Of a DNA stretch of 64,000 bases, positions 38,802 through 52,479 are shown piece after piece. Under the pieces are notes generated by a model, which was given only the letters and a program-made list of their open reading frames with translations, was not told the origin of the DNA and did not search any database. Made by a program: the position numbers and the translations under genes. The stretch covers positions 105,896,001 to 105,960,000 of the forward strand of contig OX597815.1 in the NCBI GenBank assembly GCA_951406725.2, given 5' to 3'. Each line of letters opens with the position of its first letter. Positions within the stretch are counted from its first letter, which is position 1. This DNA comes from Octopus vulgaris. Lineage: Eukaryota.

Positions 38802-40094
38802 CGAGAGGCGTTCAATAAGTAATGCCTCTGACCCACTTGCAGTTGTTTGATCTAGCTGAAAGTTTGCATGTGCAATTATTTATATCTCTATAGATTAAGT
38901 GGAAAATTACAGCTCTGAACTAATTGTGGTTTCTGATTTACCGGTGTTTGAACTGAGTCAAGTGTGAAATGGAGCCTGTTGAGTGTCGAGCAGTGATCCG
39001 GTTTTTGTATTTGAAAGGACGCACACCACAGGAGACTTTTGATGAAATGAAAGTAACTTATGGTGATGATGCCCCATCATATGACCTTGTAAAATGCTGG
39101 CATCGTGAATTCAAACATGGTCGGAACTCTGTGGAAACAGCTCCCAGATCTGGTTGTCCCCCTTCTGCCATTGATGAGGCATCTGTCCGTCAAGTTGAGG
39201 CTGCCATTTTGGAAGATCGATGCATAACTATTCGCCAAATAACCCATGAGGTCAAGATTAGTACCGGGTCTGTGGAAACTATCATTCATGACCATTTGCA
39301 TATGCAAAAGGTGTCTGCCAGATGGATTCCCAGGTTGCTCACACCTTTCCAGAAGCAAGAACGCGTCGATTGCTCGAGGATGAATTTGGAGATGTGCCAA
39401 GAAGATGAGTCAAAATTTTTCAAAAGACTGATTACACAGGATGAAACCTGGGTCCATCACTATGATCCAGAGACCAAAGCCCAGTCAATGCAGTGGAAGC
39501 ACCGTGACTCACCTCCTCCAAAGAAGGCAAGGGTGCAACCCTCCGCTGGCAAGGTCATGCTCACAGTCTTCTGGGACCAGGACGGAGTAGTGATGACAGA
39601 TTTCCTGGCAAAGGGTACCACAATTACAGGAGCCTATTATGCTTCACTTTTGAGGAAATTAAGAGAAGCTATCAAAATCAAGAGGCGGGGCAAGATCAGC
39701 AAAGGCATCCTCCTCTTGCAGGACAACGCTCCGGTCCTCAACTCGCGTGTCGCCAGATCAGAAGCACAGGCGTGCGGCTATGAACTCCTCTCCCATCCCC
39801 CCTACTCTCCTGACCTTGCACCCTCTGATTTTCACCTCTTCCCAGCCATGAAGTTGTTTTTGAAAGGAAAGCATTTCCCAGATGATGCAGCCTTGATTTC
39901 TGAAGTTACGTCATGGTTGGAGGTCCAAGCTGGGGTCTTCTACAAAAACGGTCTCCAGAGCTGCATCAAACGATGGGATAAATGCGTAACTCTGGGTGGT
40001 TCCTATGTAGAAAAAGACTAATAACTGTGCCAAGTTTCGTTGCTCTACTGCTATGGGAAGTGGGTCAGGGGCATTACTTATTGAACGCCCATCG
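38802..40094 (+). mobile_element. Full-length mariner transposon (1293 bp)
   Basis: 37-bp TIRs (CGAGAGGCGTTCAATAAGTAATGCCTCTGACCCACTT; 3 mismatches) with TA flanks. Confidence 0.97.
38969..40021 (+). CDS. Mariner D,D34D transposase, 350 aa, uninterrupted ORF
   Basis: HTH N-terminus, WIPRLL, TQDETW, QDNAP, YSPDLAPSD; 34 residues between the second and third Asp. Confidence 0.95.
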   Translation: MEPVECRAVIRFLYLKGRTPQETFDEMKVTYGDDAPSYDLVKCWHREFKHGRNSVETAPRSGCPPSAIDEASVRQVEAAILEDRCITIRQITHEVKISTGSVETIIHDHLHMQKVSARWIPRLLTPFQKQERVDCSRMNLEMCQEDESKFFKRLITQDETWVHHYDPETKAQSMQWKHRDSPPPKKARVQPSAGKVMLTVFWDQDGVVMTDFLAKGTTITGAYYASLLRKLREAIKIKRRGKISKGILLLQDNAPVLNSRVARSEAQACGYELLSHPPYSPDLAPSDFHLFPAMKLFLKGKHFPDDAALISEVTSWLEVQAGVFYKNGLQSCIKRWDKCVTLGGSYVEKD

Positions 40095-41056
40095 TATATA
40101 TATATTTTAGAAAAAAATAAATAAGTAAGTAAATGAGTAGAAATTGAACCAGTGAGTGTGTTAATTAATAAGGTATTAAAGCAGAACGACTCTCCCCAGA
40201 CATTACATTATATATATGTGTGGGTGGGTGTATAATTTTTATCTTTTACTTGTTTCAGTCATTAGACTGTATGTGGCCATGCTGGGACACCACACACCAC
40301 CTTGAATTAGTCAAATGAATTGACCCCATTACTTATTTTTCTTAATGACTACACAGCTGCACATGGAATATAGTTCTAAACTAGACAGAACTCTGGATCT
40401 GTGTAATGTTCCTCGTCATTTATCAATAATCAGGTCTGCTTGATCAGAACAGACCTGTGATACATTGAGCTGGGATTACACAACAGCAAAATCTTAAAGC
40501 TACCATACATACATATGTACCAAATATGAGACCTTTCAATGATTTCTCAGTCAACTACATACATATATGAGTCCATTTGGTCCTCAGCCTGTGCAAAATA
40601 ACAGTTAAATAAAGTAACTGCATTGAGGGTTTTTTTATGGATCTTGATCTGCTTTGTAACTCACATTGACTTTGGCACTCAGTAACAAAAACAAATGTAT
40701 TATTTCATTTTCAAACAGTCTTCTCTCTAAAGTGTATTAGATTAGTAACAGCTTAAGTAATCCCCTTCTCTATAGACTTCAGTGTTCATTTTATTATTCT
40801 TTTAATACATCTGAGAGAGAAATAAAACACCTGTGCAATATTTCTCTTGTCACCAAGCACAAGATTTCTATTTAAAATACAGACACTTTCATTGTTTAAA
40901 TTATCATTAGCCTACTTGACAGATAAACAAATTTTTTTGTGTAATGGTAGCCAATCCTTTTCATCCACTTCCCTGTAATACAACATTATACACTTCCAAC
41001 ACACCCCTAAAATACTTCAACTTTGTACAGAGAGGGTGAGTCCTTTGTGTCCTATA

Positions 41057-42330
41057 CAAGGGTGGGCTGAAAAGTTCATAGGCTGACTATGGAGGAGTGA
41101 TACTATAGCTGTGAAATTTTGCAAGCATTAATTTCAACTTCTTATCAATAACTGCATTGTTTGGGTTTTTTTTTATTTTTCCCCCTAAGTAAACTGACAT
41201 CTGACAGTTCAGAGAAGACTTCAAAAGTAACTACTAGTAACTTCTCTTGAAAATGGACAAAATTTGATATCATGATATTATCAAGTACCGGCAGGTACCC
41301 AAGGACATTTATGCTGAAATCTTGCTACATTAGGGGATGACGTTCCAGCTTTATCAACAGTGCAAAAGTAGGCAGCTGAGTTTAGGAGGGGAAGGGAGAA
41401 TCTTAAAGATGACCCAACATCTGGATGTCCTGTGACTACCACCACTGAAGAAAACAAAGATTGTGTTCACCACATGGTGATGGATGACAGGCAACACTAA
41501 TAGTCATTGTTATTAGCATATATTGTGAGAGAGTTGAGAATATTGTGCACAATGATGAAGGCTTCTGTTATGTGGGTTCATGTTTCCTGACACTTGATCA
41601 AAAGTGCACCAGGCTGACAACATCATGGGAAAATCTGGTGTTGTTTGTGGAAGATTCAGGTGGTTTCCTGTAGAGTTTCTTAATCCAGGATAAGTGTTGG
41701 GTTCATCACTTTGAACCAGAGACAATGAGGTTATCCATGCAGTGGAAAGATCCCCTCCTCACATGCTCCAAAGAAGGTCATCACTTCATCTGCAGGGAAG
41801 GTGATGGCATCAGTTTTCTGGGATGCAGAAGGCTTTGTGTTTATTGACTATCTTCAAAGGACTACACCATCAATGGAGAGTACTATGTCAAGTTGCTGAG
41901 GCAGTTACAAAAGGCTATCAAGACTAAACACCCAGGAAAACTGACAAAAAGAGTTCTTGTTTCATCTGAACAATGCTCCAGCACACAAATCCTTGGTTTC
42001 AATAACTGCTGTGCATGACTGTGACTTTAAATTGGTTGATCACTCTCTCTATCCTCTTGATTTTACTCCATCTGACTATCATCTGTTCCCCCAACATGAA
42101 AAAGCACTTGGCTGGGAATCAGCATTGCAGTGATGATGATGTCATATCTGCTGTTGATGATTTTTTGACCAATAAGATGAAAGCTTCTTCACCAATGGGA
42201 TCTAAGCACTACAACACCAATAAAAGAAGTATGTGGACCACATGGGGGATTATGTTGGAAAATAAACCTCACTTAGTCACATTCCATGAGAGTATCTGGG
42301 TCAGCCTATGAACTTTTCAACCAACCCTTG
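41057..42330 (+). mobile_element. Degenerate full-length mariner of a second family
   Basis: TIRs CAAGGGTGGGCTGAAAAGTTCATAGGCTGAC / GTCAGCCTATGAACTTTTCAACCAACCCTTG with TA flanks; broken transposase remnants (AGKVMASVFWD, NAPAH, PSDYHLFP). Confidence 0.9.
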
Positions 42331-43288
42331 TAGTTCTCCAAACATATTTTATTTCTGTCTAAATACATCTATAGTTCTATTATTAGTTCACCTTCAACAC
42401 AAATTATTTTCCCTTAACAACAAAACTCATTGACTTCTTAGATTAAATCATTTCATCGATTCATTGTATTTCATTTGTGGTTGCTCATATTAATAACTCC
42501 TCCAATGTAATTTATGCCTAATATTTTGGTTCTTGGCAGTAGTCTACTGGGAATGTACAGATTTTTGTGTATTGAGGGAAGTGATTTTAGGGTGGATGTT
42601 AGTCTTATCGTTTTTTCTAGCTATTCTCATGTCAGGTAGGCTGTTTGATTGCATGTGTTGACAATAACCAGACTAAGATTTATTTGAAATGCCACATATT
42701 TTATTTACCACTGCACTGTATTTACATACATGCATTTAATAGATATTGTGTAAATAGTACAGGACATATGAATCATAGCATATACTGAGCATTCTTTGAT
42801 TGACACTACTACTTAAAGCCTGTGAATAGGAGAGGAAGATGAGCAAGATGAGAGACTACCACACAAGAAAACCGACCAACTTGTGCAAATTTAAGTTGAA
42901 ATAACTCACCTTTAAATAACTGTTCATTCAGGAGAGTCTTGAATTTGTTTTGCAGGAAATCTTGCATGCTTTCTATGCAGTTCTGCCTTAGTGCCTCAGC
43001 TAATGTCAGTTGGTCAAATCATATTCATATAGGCATTAATACCTTTTATGGAAATATATTAGATCATGATTTTAGACAGGAGAAATCTGAGAATTTTAGC
43101 TTGAATTTCAGCCAGGTTCTCACTACATGGTAAACAGTAAAAAGAGAAATTGTAGGGTGGGATAAATCTCGAGGTGAAACTGTTTAAAACCTTTAAGACA
43201 TTAAAGTTTTATCATGAGACTATTAGTAATATGATCTCAGTAAATTAATGACATTCATTCTCACTATTTACCATATTTATTTCTTCAG

Positions 43289-43411
43289 GTGAAAGAACAA
43301 ATTAGCTTCTCTAAAACCTGTGATCCCTGTTCATCTCTTCCTTTGTTGTTAAAAGCTGAACACATTCCTTCTGTCATTGGTAAAACTGCACCAGAACTCA
43401 TAGCTTGTCAA
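43289..43411 (+). CDS. CCDC171: CCDC171-like exon H (absent from ORF track)
   Basis: ttcttcag|GTG ... TGTCAA|gtaagt; VKEQISFS...APELIACQ (cf. VRDQISLS...GPEVVACQ); follows a 20.5-kb intron. Confidence 0.88.
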
Positions 43412-44027
43412 GTAAGTTTTTCTGTTTTGCATTAACACTTCAATGATAAAATTTTACTTGTAAATTTCAATGAATTGGTTTGCATATATCACCATCATTT
43501 TAATACCCACTTCTCTATGCTTTTCTGGATTGGCTGGAGATTATTGAGGAGGATTTTCTATGGTTGTATGTCCTTCCTGTCGCCAATACTCACCTGTTTC
43601 CATGCAAAATAATATTTCCCATGGCCAAACATGTTTTTGCAGAATATTGGAAACAAATGATACTGCTTTTATGACAGTGACAACCATTTTACAACTATCA
43701 TGCAATATCAAAACAAGGCAACACAAACATACACACACATACATACCAAATCTACTCACAAGGCTTTGGTTGACCTGGTGCTATAGTAAAAGACACTTGC
43801 CCAAGATGCTATGCAGTGGGACTGACCTGGAACAATGTGGTTGGGAAGCAAGCTTCTTACCACACAACCACACCTCCACGCATCATCATCATTATGCCTC
43901 AAGACATAAAGTTTCATTTAATGGCGAAGTAGAAACTAGCATGAAACTTTTGAAAAACAGATAATGATCATAATAATATTATAATTTAGCTAGTTTGTTA
44001 TATATTATGAATTTCTCTCTATTAAAG

Positions 44028-44174
44028 AATTTGGTGAAATCCTTTGTTGATTGTCAGCTCCAAGCTTTCCGTAGAGTTGCTATTCTAGAAGAAGAAGTGA
44101 GCTCCATGCGAAAACACCTTAACACACTGAAAGTTGAATTTTCTAATGTTATTCATCAAAAAAGAGATGAAATG
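44028..44174 (+). CDS. CCDC171: CCDC171-like exon I
   Basis: ctctattaaag|AAT ... GAAATG|gtaagt; NLVKSFVDCQLQAFRRVAILEEEVSSMRKHLNTLKVEF (cf. [37 protein letters not shown]). Confidence 0.88.
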
Positions 44175-44180
44175 GTAAGT

Positions 44181-44351
<171 letters not shown>

Positions 44352-44943
44352 TTGGTATGCTATTTCCTTTAATCTCAGGGTTCCAGAGCTATATTCTGAA
44401 GAAAGTATCTATCATCGTCATCATCATTTAATGTCCATCTTCCATGCATGCATTGGTAGGACAGTTGGCAGGATCCAGCCAAGTAGAAGACAACCCTGGG
44501 CTATTGTGTCTATTTTGGTGGGGGGTTTACGGCTAGATGCCTTTCCTAATACCAACCGCTCTGCAGAGTGGACTCAGTGTATTTTACTTGGTAGTAGCAC
44601 AGACAAGTTCAGTTTTAGTATGATTTTTTACAGCTGGATGCCCTTCCATTTCTTTCATCATAGAGAAAAATTAAATGATCATGTCAAAGATAACATTGCT
44701 TCCTCATGTACTTAGTTAACCATTAAATCTGCAGACAAGATATCTACGAGCACATTTCTTTATAGACTTAGTTGATCATGCCATGCAACCATTGTTTATT
44801 GTAAAGGAATTGCTTCTGGCAGCACTTGGAGATCAAAGAACTGTAGCAATTATTTTATATGTTGATTTGAAAGCTCTCCAGCCAAGTCTGTAGCACTTCC
44901 TTGTTATTAGCCAAAGTATTCTTCTGACCAATACTGCTCAATT

Positions 44944-45176
44944 TAAGGCGGCGAGCTGGCAAAATCGTTAGCATGCCGGGCGAAATTGCTTAGTGGTATT
45001 TCGTCTGCTGCTACGTTCTGAGTTCAAATTCCACCAAGGTCGACTTTCCTATTCATCCGTTCAGGGTCAATTAAATAAGTACTAGTTACGCACTGGGGTC
45101 GATGTAATTAACATAATCCCTTTGTCTGTCCTTGTTTGTCCCCTCTATGATTAGCCCCTTTGGGCAATAAAGAAAT
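44944..45176 (+). mobile_element. Young SINE, same family as 21434-21667
   Basis: GGCGGCGAGCTGGC head and same core; 14-bp TSD AATACTGCTCAATT (44930-44943 / 45177-45190). Confidence 0.88.
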
Positions 45177-47230
45177 AATACTGCTCAATTCATCTTGTAG
45201 CACTCTATAGTATGTAGGGATTGAATTTCTACCAACTTTATTGCCCAGCTTGCAGAGGGCAATGAGCATATGACGCAAAACTAGGTCATAGGGATCACTC
45301 CATGTTTGAGTTTGATCAATCAGGACAAATTAAAACTAGGCACTTATAGTAGGTATAAGTAACAGCAGAAGTATAGGTACTCCAGTTTAATCAAATATTT
45401 CCTGGAACATGGTATTGTGTCAGACAGCAGTATATCATCTCTAAGATGAAGTAGATTTTACGACTTTTGTTTACCTCTTTTAGAGAAGCTTCTTTTCTGA
45501 CTACTTTTGTTATCTTCATAGTCACTTCATAGTTTCTGGTCTATTAAAGATTTTGACTGAACCAGATCCTAAGCAACTTAACAAAACACCAGCCACAGCA
45601 AGCAAATACCATACCACAACACCTAAGTTTACAATATTTTCTAGCTAATTCTTTACTGTTAATGTCACATCATATTCTTCAGTTTGGCACACATCACAAG
45701 GGTGTCTACTTACATGACTACAGTATTAGTGGATATTGCCCTTCTGTATCCTACATCAAGCAGGAAATACCTCAATATATTCAGCTTCTGCTATGAGTAA
45801 TAACAAATGTATCTATATCCATTTATTCTTGATATCCTTGTTCTTTCATGCAACATTACAATATATTTCGTAAGAGATTTCATCTGATCATTCTTAAAAC
45901 AATGTGGTCGGTAAATTAAGTACCAGTTGCATACTATGATCGATCTAATTGGCTGCCCCCCTCCCACACACACACACACACTCCCCAAAATGTTTAGGCC
46001 TTGTGCCTAGAGTAGAAAAGAAATCAAGAGAATTAGTTGAAGAATGATGTGAAATATGACTTAATCCATTTAACTTTTCAAGAGACCAGTACACAAATTG
46101 AAATGAATACAAAATACAAAATGTCTGACTGTTAGTAAGGAAAGATGTAAGGACCATGTAATGCAAGGTAATGAGAGTGAGTTCTCAGGCACATCACACA
46201 GCCCTGACAATAAATATAAAAAGAATAATACGTATAATGTGCCAGAGGGAGAAAGAGAGACGCAACCAGGTAGAATGTTTAAGAGAAGATTTATTGATAT
46301 GTTAGCATGTGTGTCTGTGTGCATCATGTATACAGAATAATAGAAGGCCATCATGAGGACAAAGTGCATGTGTGTATAGGCATGGTTGTATGTGTGTGTG
46401 TTAAGTACATATGAGAATAGTAGTGAAGTAGACAGTGAAAGAGTCTATAATGAGAAGTTAGAAGAATGTTTAGACACAAGAATGAGAGTACCAGTTCATA
46501 ATCAATTGTGCACAGTAGCTGAAATACTGTATCAAGAAGGTGTGGCCATGATGCTAAGCCGGTTGCAGTATGTTGTACAGAGTTGTGGCTGAGATGCTGC
46601 TGCCTGGATCACTTGGTACAGGAGTTTTTGCAGGTTGTATATTTACTGTTGATCCATGGTGAAGTAATTCACAAACAATGAAGTATTGGAACCTGCATGA
46701 GTTACTTGTTGAGCTGCGTACGTAGAGAGATGATGTTGACAACATTAAGAAGATGATAGTGGTGATGAAGAAAGAGATTGCCATAATGCTGTTGGACAAT
46801 GTTGGTAAGTCTCAATGTGTCTCTGTGGTGTCGTCACTGGAACTGGCTGTGTCTTGTGTGGTCAGTGGCTAGATCTTAAAAGGTATGGAACCAAAGACCC
46901 AGAGATGAGGAGAGGCTGGGTTTTTATTTAGAGGCTCCAATTGGTTATACACTGCAGATTGGTACAACAGAGTAAGAGACAAATTGCGCCGATACCAACT
47001 AATCAAAGTAGTGGACACAACGGGGTCCAAATAGCGGTCAAAGGCTAGTTGTCACCTGCTACATTTGAATGCACGTATATATAATAAAGGGGAGAGAGAA
47101 ATTTCACTTGAGTGTTTGCTACAAGATCATAAAATGATGACTACAGCTGAGGTCACAAGCAATGTTGGTGACTTGTTTGTCATCTTAACATTCTAATTAC
47201 TTTTAATTGATATTGTTTCACATTTTCCAG

Positions 47231-47319
47231 GTAGACTATGCTTCCTTTCCCTCCAAGGATGACAACAGTTTTAAAACTAACCTAAAACCAAAGCACAGAG
47301 ACATATCTTTAATACCCGA
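47231..47319 (+). CDS. CCDC171: CCDC171-like exon J (poorly conserved C-terminal region)
   Basis: cattttccag|GTA ... CCCGA|gtaagt; open in phase 0 (VDYASFPSKDDNSFKTNLKPKHRDISLIP), ends in phase 2; supported by splice signals and phase only. Confidence 0.65.
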
Positions 47320-47744
47320 GTAAGTTAATTTTTTAACTATACATAAACACTTATTTTCTCTTGATTGCATCAGACAGGGTGTTATTTTATAATTTAAGAG
47401 TGAATTTTACAGAACTCTGCACATTAATAAAATTTATATGGCTGATGTTCATCTGGAACATCTGAAGATCAGTGTCTGTAATGCTCAGGAAAGAAATGAT
47501 GGTCTGATCCAGCTGACAGTGTTAAACTAGACAGCATACCAGCTCTACCACCGTAGTGTTATTTGTATTGTTGAAAGGTTTTTTACACAAAAGTACAGAC
47601 TTAATGAGATTCTTTGTGCTCTAAGTTTTCAATCCACTCTTGATAACGTTGATTATATTCCATTTTGCCTTCACTGGGTAATTTCTCCTGAGTGTTTGAA
47701 AAAACAAAAACAAGTAATTAGGGGTTACCCTCTCACAGATTATT

Positions 47745-48502
47745 CATCATCATCATCATCATCATCGTTTAACGTCCGCTTTCCATGTTAGCATGGGTTG
47801 GACGGTTCAACTGGGGTCTGGGAAGTCCGAAGGCTGCACCAGGCCAGTCAGATCTGGCAGTGTTTCTACAGCTGGATGCCCTTCCTAACGCCAACCACTC
47901 CGTGAGTGTAGTGGGTGCTTTTTATGTGCCACCAACACAGGTGCCAGACGAGGCTGGCGAACGGCCACGCTCGGATGGTGTTTTTTATATGCCACCAACA
48001 CAGGTGCCAGACGAGGCTGGCGAACGGCCACGCTCGGATGGTGTTTTTTACGTGCCACCGGCACAGAGGCCAGGCGAGGCTGGCATGGCCACGATCGGAT
48101 GGTGTTTGTTACGTGCCCACAGCATGGAGGCCAGTCGATACGGTACTGGCTACGGCCACGTTCGGATGGTTTTCTTATGTGCCACCAGCACTGGTACCAC
48201 AAAGATACAAATTCCATTGATGTTCATCGATTTTGATTTGGTTTGATTTTCACTTGCCTCAACAGGTCTTCACAAGTGTCCCAAGAAGGAAGGTATGCAC
48301 AGGTAGACTGACTACGTCCCAGGTAGGGGCCATGGGTTATGGCCTCACGTGTCCTGCTGGGTCTTCTCGCGCACAGCATACTTCCAAAGGTCTAGGTCTC
48401 TGGTCATTTCCTCGGTAAGATCTAAACCGCGAAGGTCATTCTTCACCACCTCGTCCCAGGCTTTCCTGGGTCTACCTCTTCCACAGGTTCCCTCAACCGC
48501 TA
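47745..48502 (-). mobile_element. RTE LINE 3' end with five ~63-bp 3' UTR units
   Basis: (GAT)n tail; C-terminal AVEGTCGRGRPRKAWDEVV remnant; tandem units at 47914-48195. Confidence 0.92.
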
Positions 48503-51500
48503 TGTAATTTATTAAGGTGCAGGCATGAATGTGGTTAAAAAGTCTAATTCACAACCATGAGATTTCAGGTTCAGTCCCACTGTGTAGTACCTTGGCTAAA
48601 TATCTTCTGCTATAGTCTCAGACTGACCAAAGCCTCATGGGTGTACTAGGTAGATGGAAACTGAAAGAAGCCTAATGATATGTGCATGTGTTTGTGATCA
48701 TGTCTCCTTATCTTGGCATCACATGACACTTGTAAACAAGCATCACTGTCATACAAGCAGTGTCCTTCATTTCCTGTCTACCATGAAGATATATCCAGGC
48801 TCCAAGCCATGGGGAAATATTGCCTTACTTAGAAACAGCTCAGGGTTAGCAACAGAAAAACCATAGAAAATCTGCCTCAACAAATTCTATTTGATCCATG
48901 AAATCATGGAAAAGTGGACATTACATGAGCAGCACTATTCCATTTATGACAACTACCATCATGTAGAACTTCACCTACACTATACAGAATTCTCTCTACA
49001 GTATATAAAAACACTTCAACCCAACTGGTAGATTTTTGTAAAAATTGGTTCATGTAATTTGTTCAGCTGTTTAATTATTCTAAAATATTAAATGCCTTAA
49101 GTTACATTATTTCTTGTTTAGAGAATATCTTTGTTTGAAATAGATAGAGCTTGTTCTCATTAGTAGACAAGTGAGCAAGATAAAGCCTCACATTTTGTAA
49201 AATTAACATTTTAGCTCTTTCATAAAAGGATTAAGCTAATTTACAAAAGAAAAACAATATGTGAAATATGAATTAGTTTGTCACTATTAACACCCTCTTT
49301 CCTAAATTTATTGTTCCTAAAATACATTCATATTGTATCACTACTGCTGTCCTGTCTGGCCCCTTCAAAACAGTAATGAAATAATTATGGTGGTATTTAC
49401 ACTGCAGTTTTACCTTCTTCATTGTGACCCAATTACATAGTGAGAATTAAAGAAAATAGTGAATCAGGTGACAATTGGGTGTAGTTAAATTATTCATGCC
49501 CTTTTTTTTTTTTCATTGTTATCTTAAAAGTTTTCTTTTCCCTTCATAATACAACTCATAGCACTAACATTAATAAATAGTTTAACTGAACCCTGTTTTA
49601 TTCCTAAATTTTAGTTTAAATTAAATATTGTGTGTCCTGCCAAATATTGTATGACTTTTTTATTTTTACATGATAAATCCAATTAAAATTAACTTTAGTA
49701 TGAATTGATTCTAATATCTAATTTCTAGTATCTAGAAATTTCTAATATCTAGTATCTAATACACATGAATATGTAGATTAATTTGATAATGAATTGCAAA
49801 AAAATAAATTTAGCATCTACAATATTATTTGATGGCTCCTTTTAAACATCAGATTAACTTTCTAACATTACAAACTGTGGTGAAATGTGAACTTTGTCAT
49901 GTATATGCATGTCATATGACTATTAGTACAATGTTAAATAAAAAGGAATAACATCACTGAACTAATCTTATGGAAGTATTTCTTATCTACACAATGTGTT
50001 CAGAAATTTTTGTAATCTTCAGAAAGATTCATAGAGACAACTTTACAATTGTCGTTACTATAACTATTACAACTCTGCTATTATTACCATTACAGTTATT
50101 ACTGTTGTTGTTATGGGTACTAAAAATGTGAAGTATTCTTTGAGACAAACAATATAGAACAAAAAATGTAGCATTATTGTAGAAGTTTATATATCACTAT
50201 TGAGTGGCATATCTTGCATAGAAAAGTGAAGCAACAAATACATTGAAACAGATAAATGCTTCCAGCTAGCTGGGTAGATTACAGCCAAAATTATTTGATA
50301 TTATTATGTATGATTTGAAAGATCTACTTCACCCTAACCCCTCTACTCAGTCCCTCCACCCCAGGAACAATGGTCCTCTGGATTCTTTTCTCTATCCATG
50401 TCTTTCTTGCAGATATTGACATATGATATTTTAGCAGAACATTAACAGTTTCAAACTCATCTATCTTGGAGATCTACAAAGATCATAGGCACTGCCCCTT
50501 CCTTCAGATCCAAATAGTTAAAAAAAGAAAATAGCAGTCATATTGGTATTGCATTTTCAAAGTTTTTTAATCAAGGTCACCATATCAAAAGAAGATAAGA
50601 AACTCTTATAATTAAACTAAATTTCTGCAAACTTCTATGAGTATATTGCATCAGAAAGGTAGTTGCCTTATATAACACCCTTCCTCGTTGCTTTAATAAA
50701 CTTGTGTCTTTCTATACTAAACCAGAAAATATAGCTTTTGTCAGCCACTTTGTGGCAATTTGTAAATAGCAAGTATGAGATTTCATCATAAACTTTATTC
50801 ATGCCTTGTGATATTAAACTGAGATGTGTACCACTGAAGAAGGCAGTCAGGATGCCCTTATAATTTGATTCCAACAGAATGATGCACTTCAAAGATTACT
50901 TGAAAATAATGATCTCAAGCTTACATGATGCAATACTACAAGCAAAAGTATTAAAATAGTCATCGGTAACATCCATTGATAAATGTTGGGATGAAGTTTG
51001 GTGCCTCTCCTCAAAGGTGTGGAGATAAAATACAATTGAACTTTATCTACAGTCTCAATTTATGGTCTGACCACTCCTCAAATTTTGAAGGGTATTTTTA
51101 AAAATTGTAAAGCTGATACTATTCTAGTCAATTTTATTCCAAAAGAGATGAGCAATATCAGTATTGTAAACTGTCTTTTGGGTTGAAGAATGCCATAGCA
51201 GATTTTCAAAAAATAATTTATAATATAATTACAGTTTAGCATCTATATGTATCATTTCCTTATAATGATAATGTTATTGTGTGTGGAACAAGTAATGACT
51301 AGCATAACCAAAATTAAGATAAGTTTAATAAAGGGAGTAAAGATTCAATCTACAGTAAATGAAGATAAGTGGGTAAACACACACACACACGTGTGTTTGT
51401 GTGTAAATCATGCAGACTATCCATTTTCAAGGATAGAAAATTTCTTATAAAACTATAGCCAGATCTAATTTTCCTTCTGTCCTTGATTCAACTGCAATCA

Positions 51501-51583
51501 GACCTTATTGAGTAAAGCCAAAATGTTTTTCTGGCAGAATATGAAGCAAATGTTGCAGGTGAATAGTGTAAACTGGCCATATA

Positions 51584-52479
51584 CTGGTGGTATCAAAAAG
51601 TTCCTGAGCTAGTTTTGTAGTGCACCAACAGAAGGCAGCACATGGTTGCATGCACAGTGAGAACTAGCAGTGACCTTCATGAGGCAGTATGCCATGTGAC
51701 ATTGCTGTGTTTACTTTGCAAGCTGTGAAAGTTGTATGCTGTAGCCTGTGATTTTTGTCATAGACAGGAAGTTGGAACAAAGAGCCAATGTAGAATTTTG
51801 CATTAAACTTGGGAAGTCTGCTACAGAGACACTGAGCATGCTTTGGCAAGCTTATGGCAATGAGGCAATGAACCATACACAATATGTCAAGTGGTATGGG
51901 TGCTTCTAAAGCAGAAGCACACCCCTGGAAGATTATGAGTGATCTGGGAGACCTGCCATGGGCATTTCCCCCACAAATGTGGAGAAAATTCATCAGCTTG
52001 TGCATGAGAACCATCGGAGGACTATCAGTGACATTGCTGGTGTTGTTGGTCTGCCATATGGCTCTGTGCAGGCAATCCTAACATCTGTGAAGAATTGGAT
52101 TCTTCATGATGACAATACACCCCATCACCAAGCTCTCCTCACTTGTGAGTTTCTCACCAAAAACATGGTATCACTTCCGCACCCACCCTATTCACCAGAT
52201 TTAGCACCTTCAGACTTCCATCTTTTTCCCAAGGTGAAAATACAGCTCAAAGGTTGCCATTTTAACACCATTGTCAAGATCCAGAGTGAATCACAGAAGG
52301 TCCTCAACTCACTTATGGAAAACGACTTCCAGGCCAGATTCCAAAAGTGGTAGAAACACTGGGACTGGTGTATTGCTGTGCAAGATGACTATTTTGAAGG
52401 ATATGATGTTAAAATTTAGGTGAATAAGTTATTTTTTTATTAAACACGACTAGTCAGGAAATTTCTTGATACCACCTCA
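51584..52479 (+). mobile_element. Internally deleted mariner of a third family (~0.9 kb)
   Basis: TIRs ...GTGGTATCAAAAAGTTCCTGA / TCAGGAAATTTCTTGATACCAC...; ORF remnant joins the HTH (VQAILTS) directly to WILHDDN...YSPDLAPSDF, so the WVP/DETW region is missing. Confidence 0.88.

Noticed and set aside
46982-46998. Minus-strand TGGTATCGGCGC resembling an LTR primer-binding site
   Set aside because: Imperfect match; no LTR pair or gag/pol nearby
47914-48195. CRISPR-like appearance of palindromic repeats with spacers
   Set aside because: The spacers are homologous to each other, the array lies inside an RTE 3' UTR in eukaryotic DNA, and there are no cas genes
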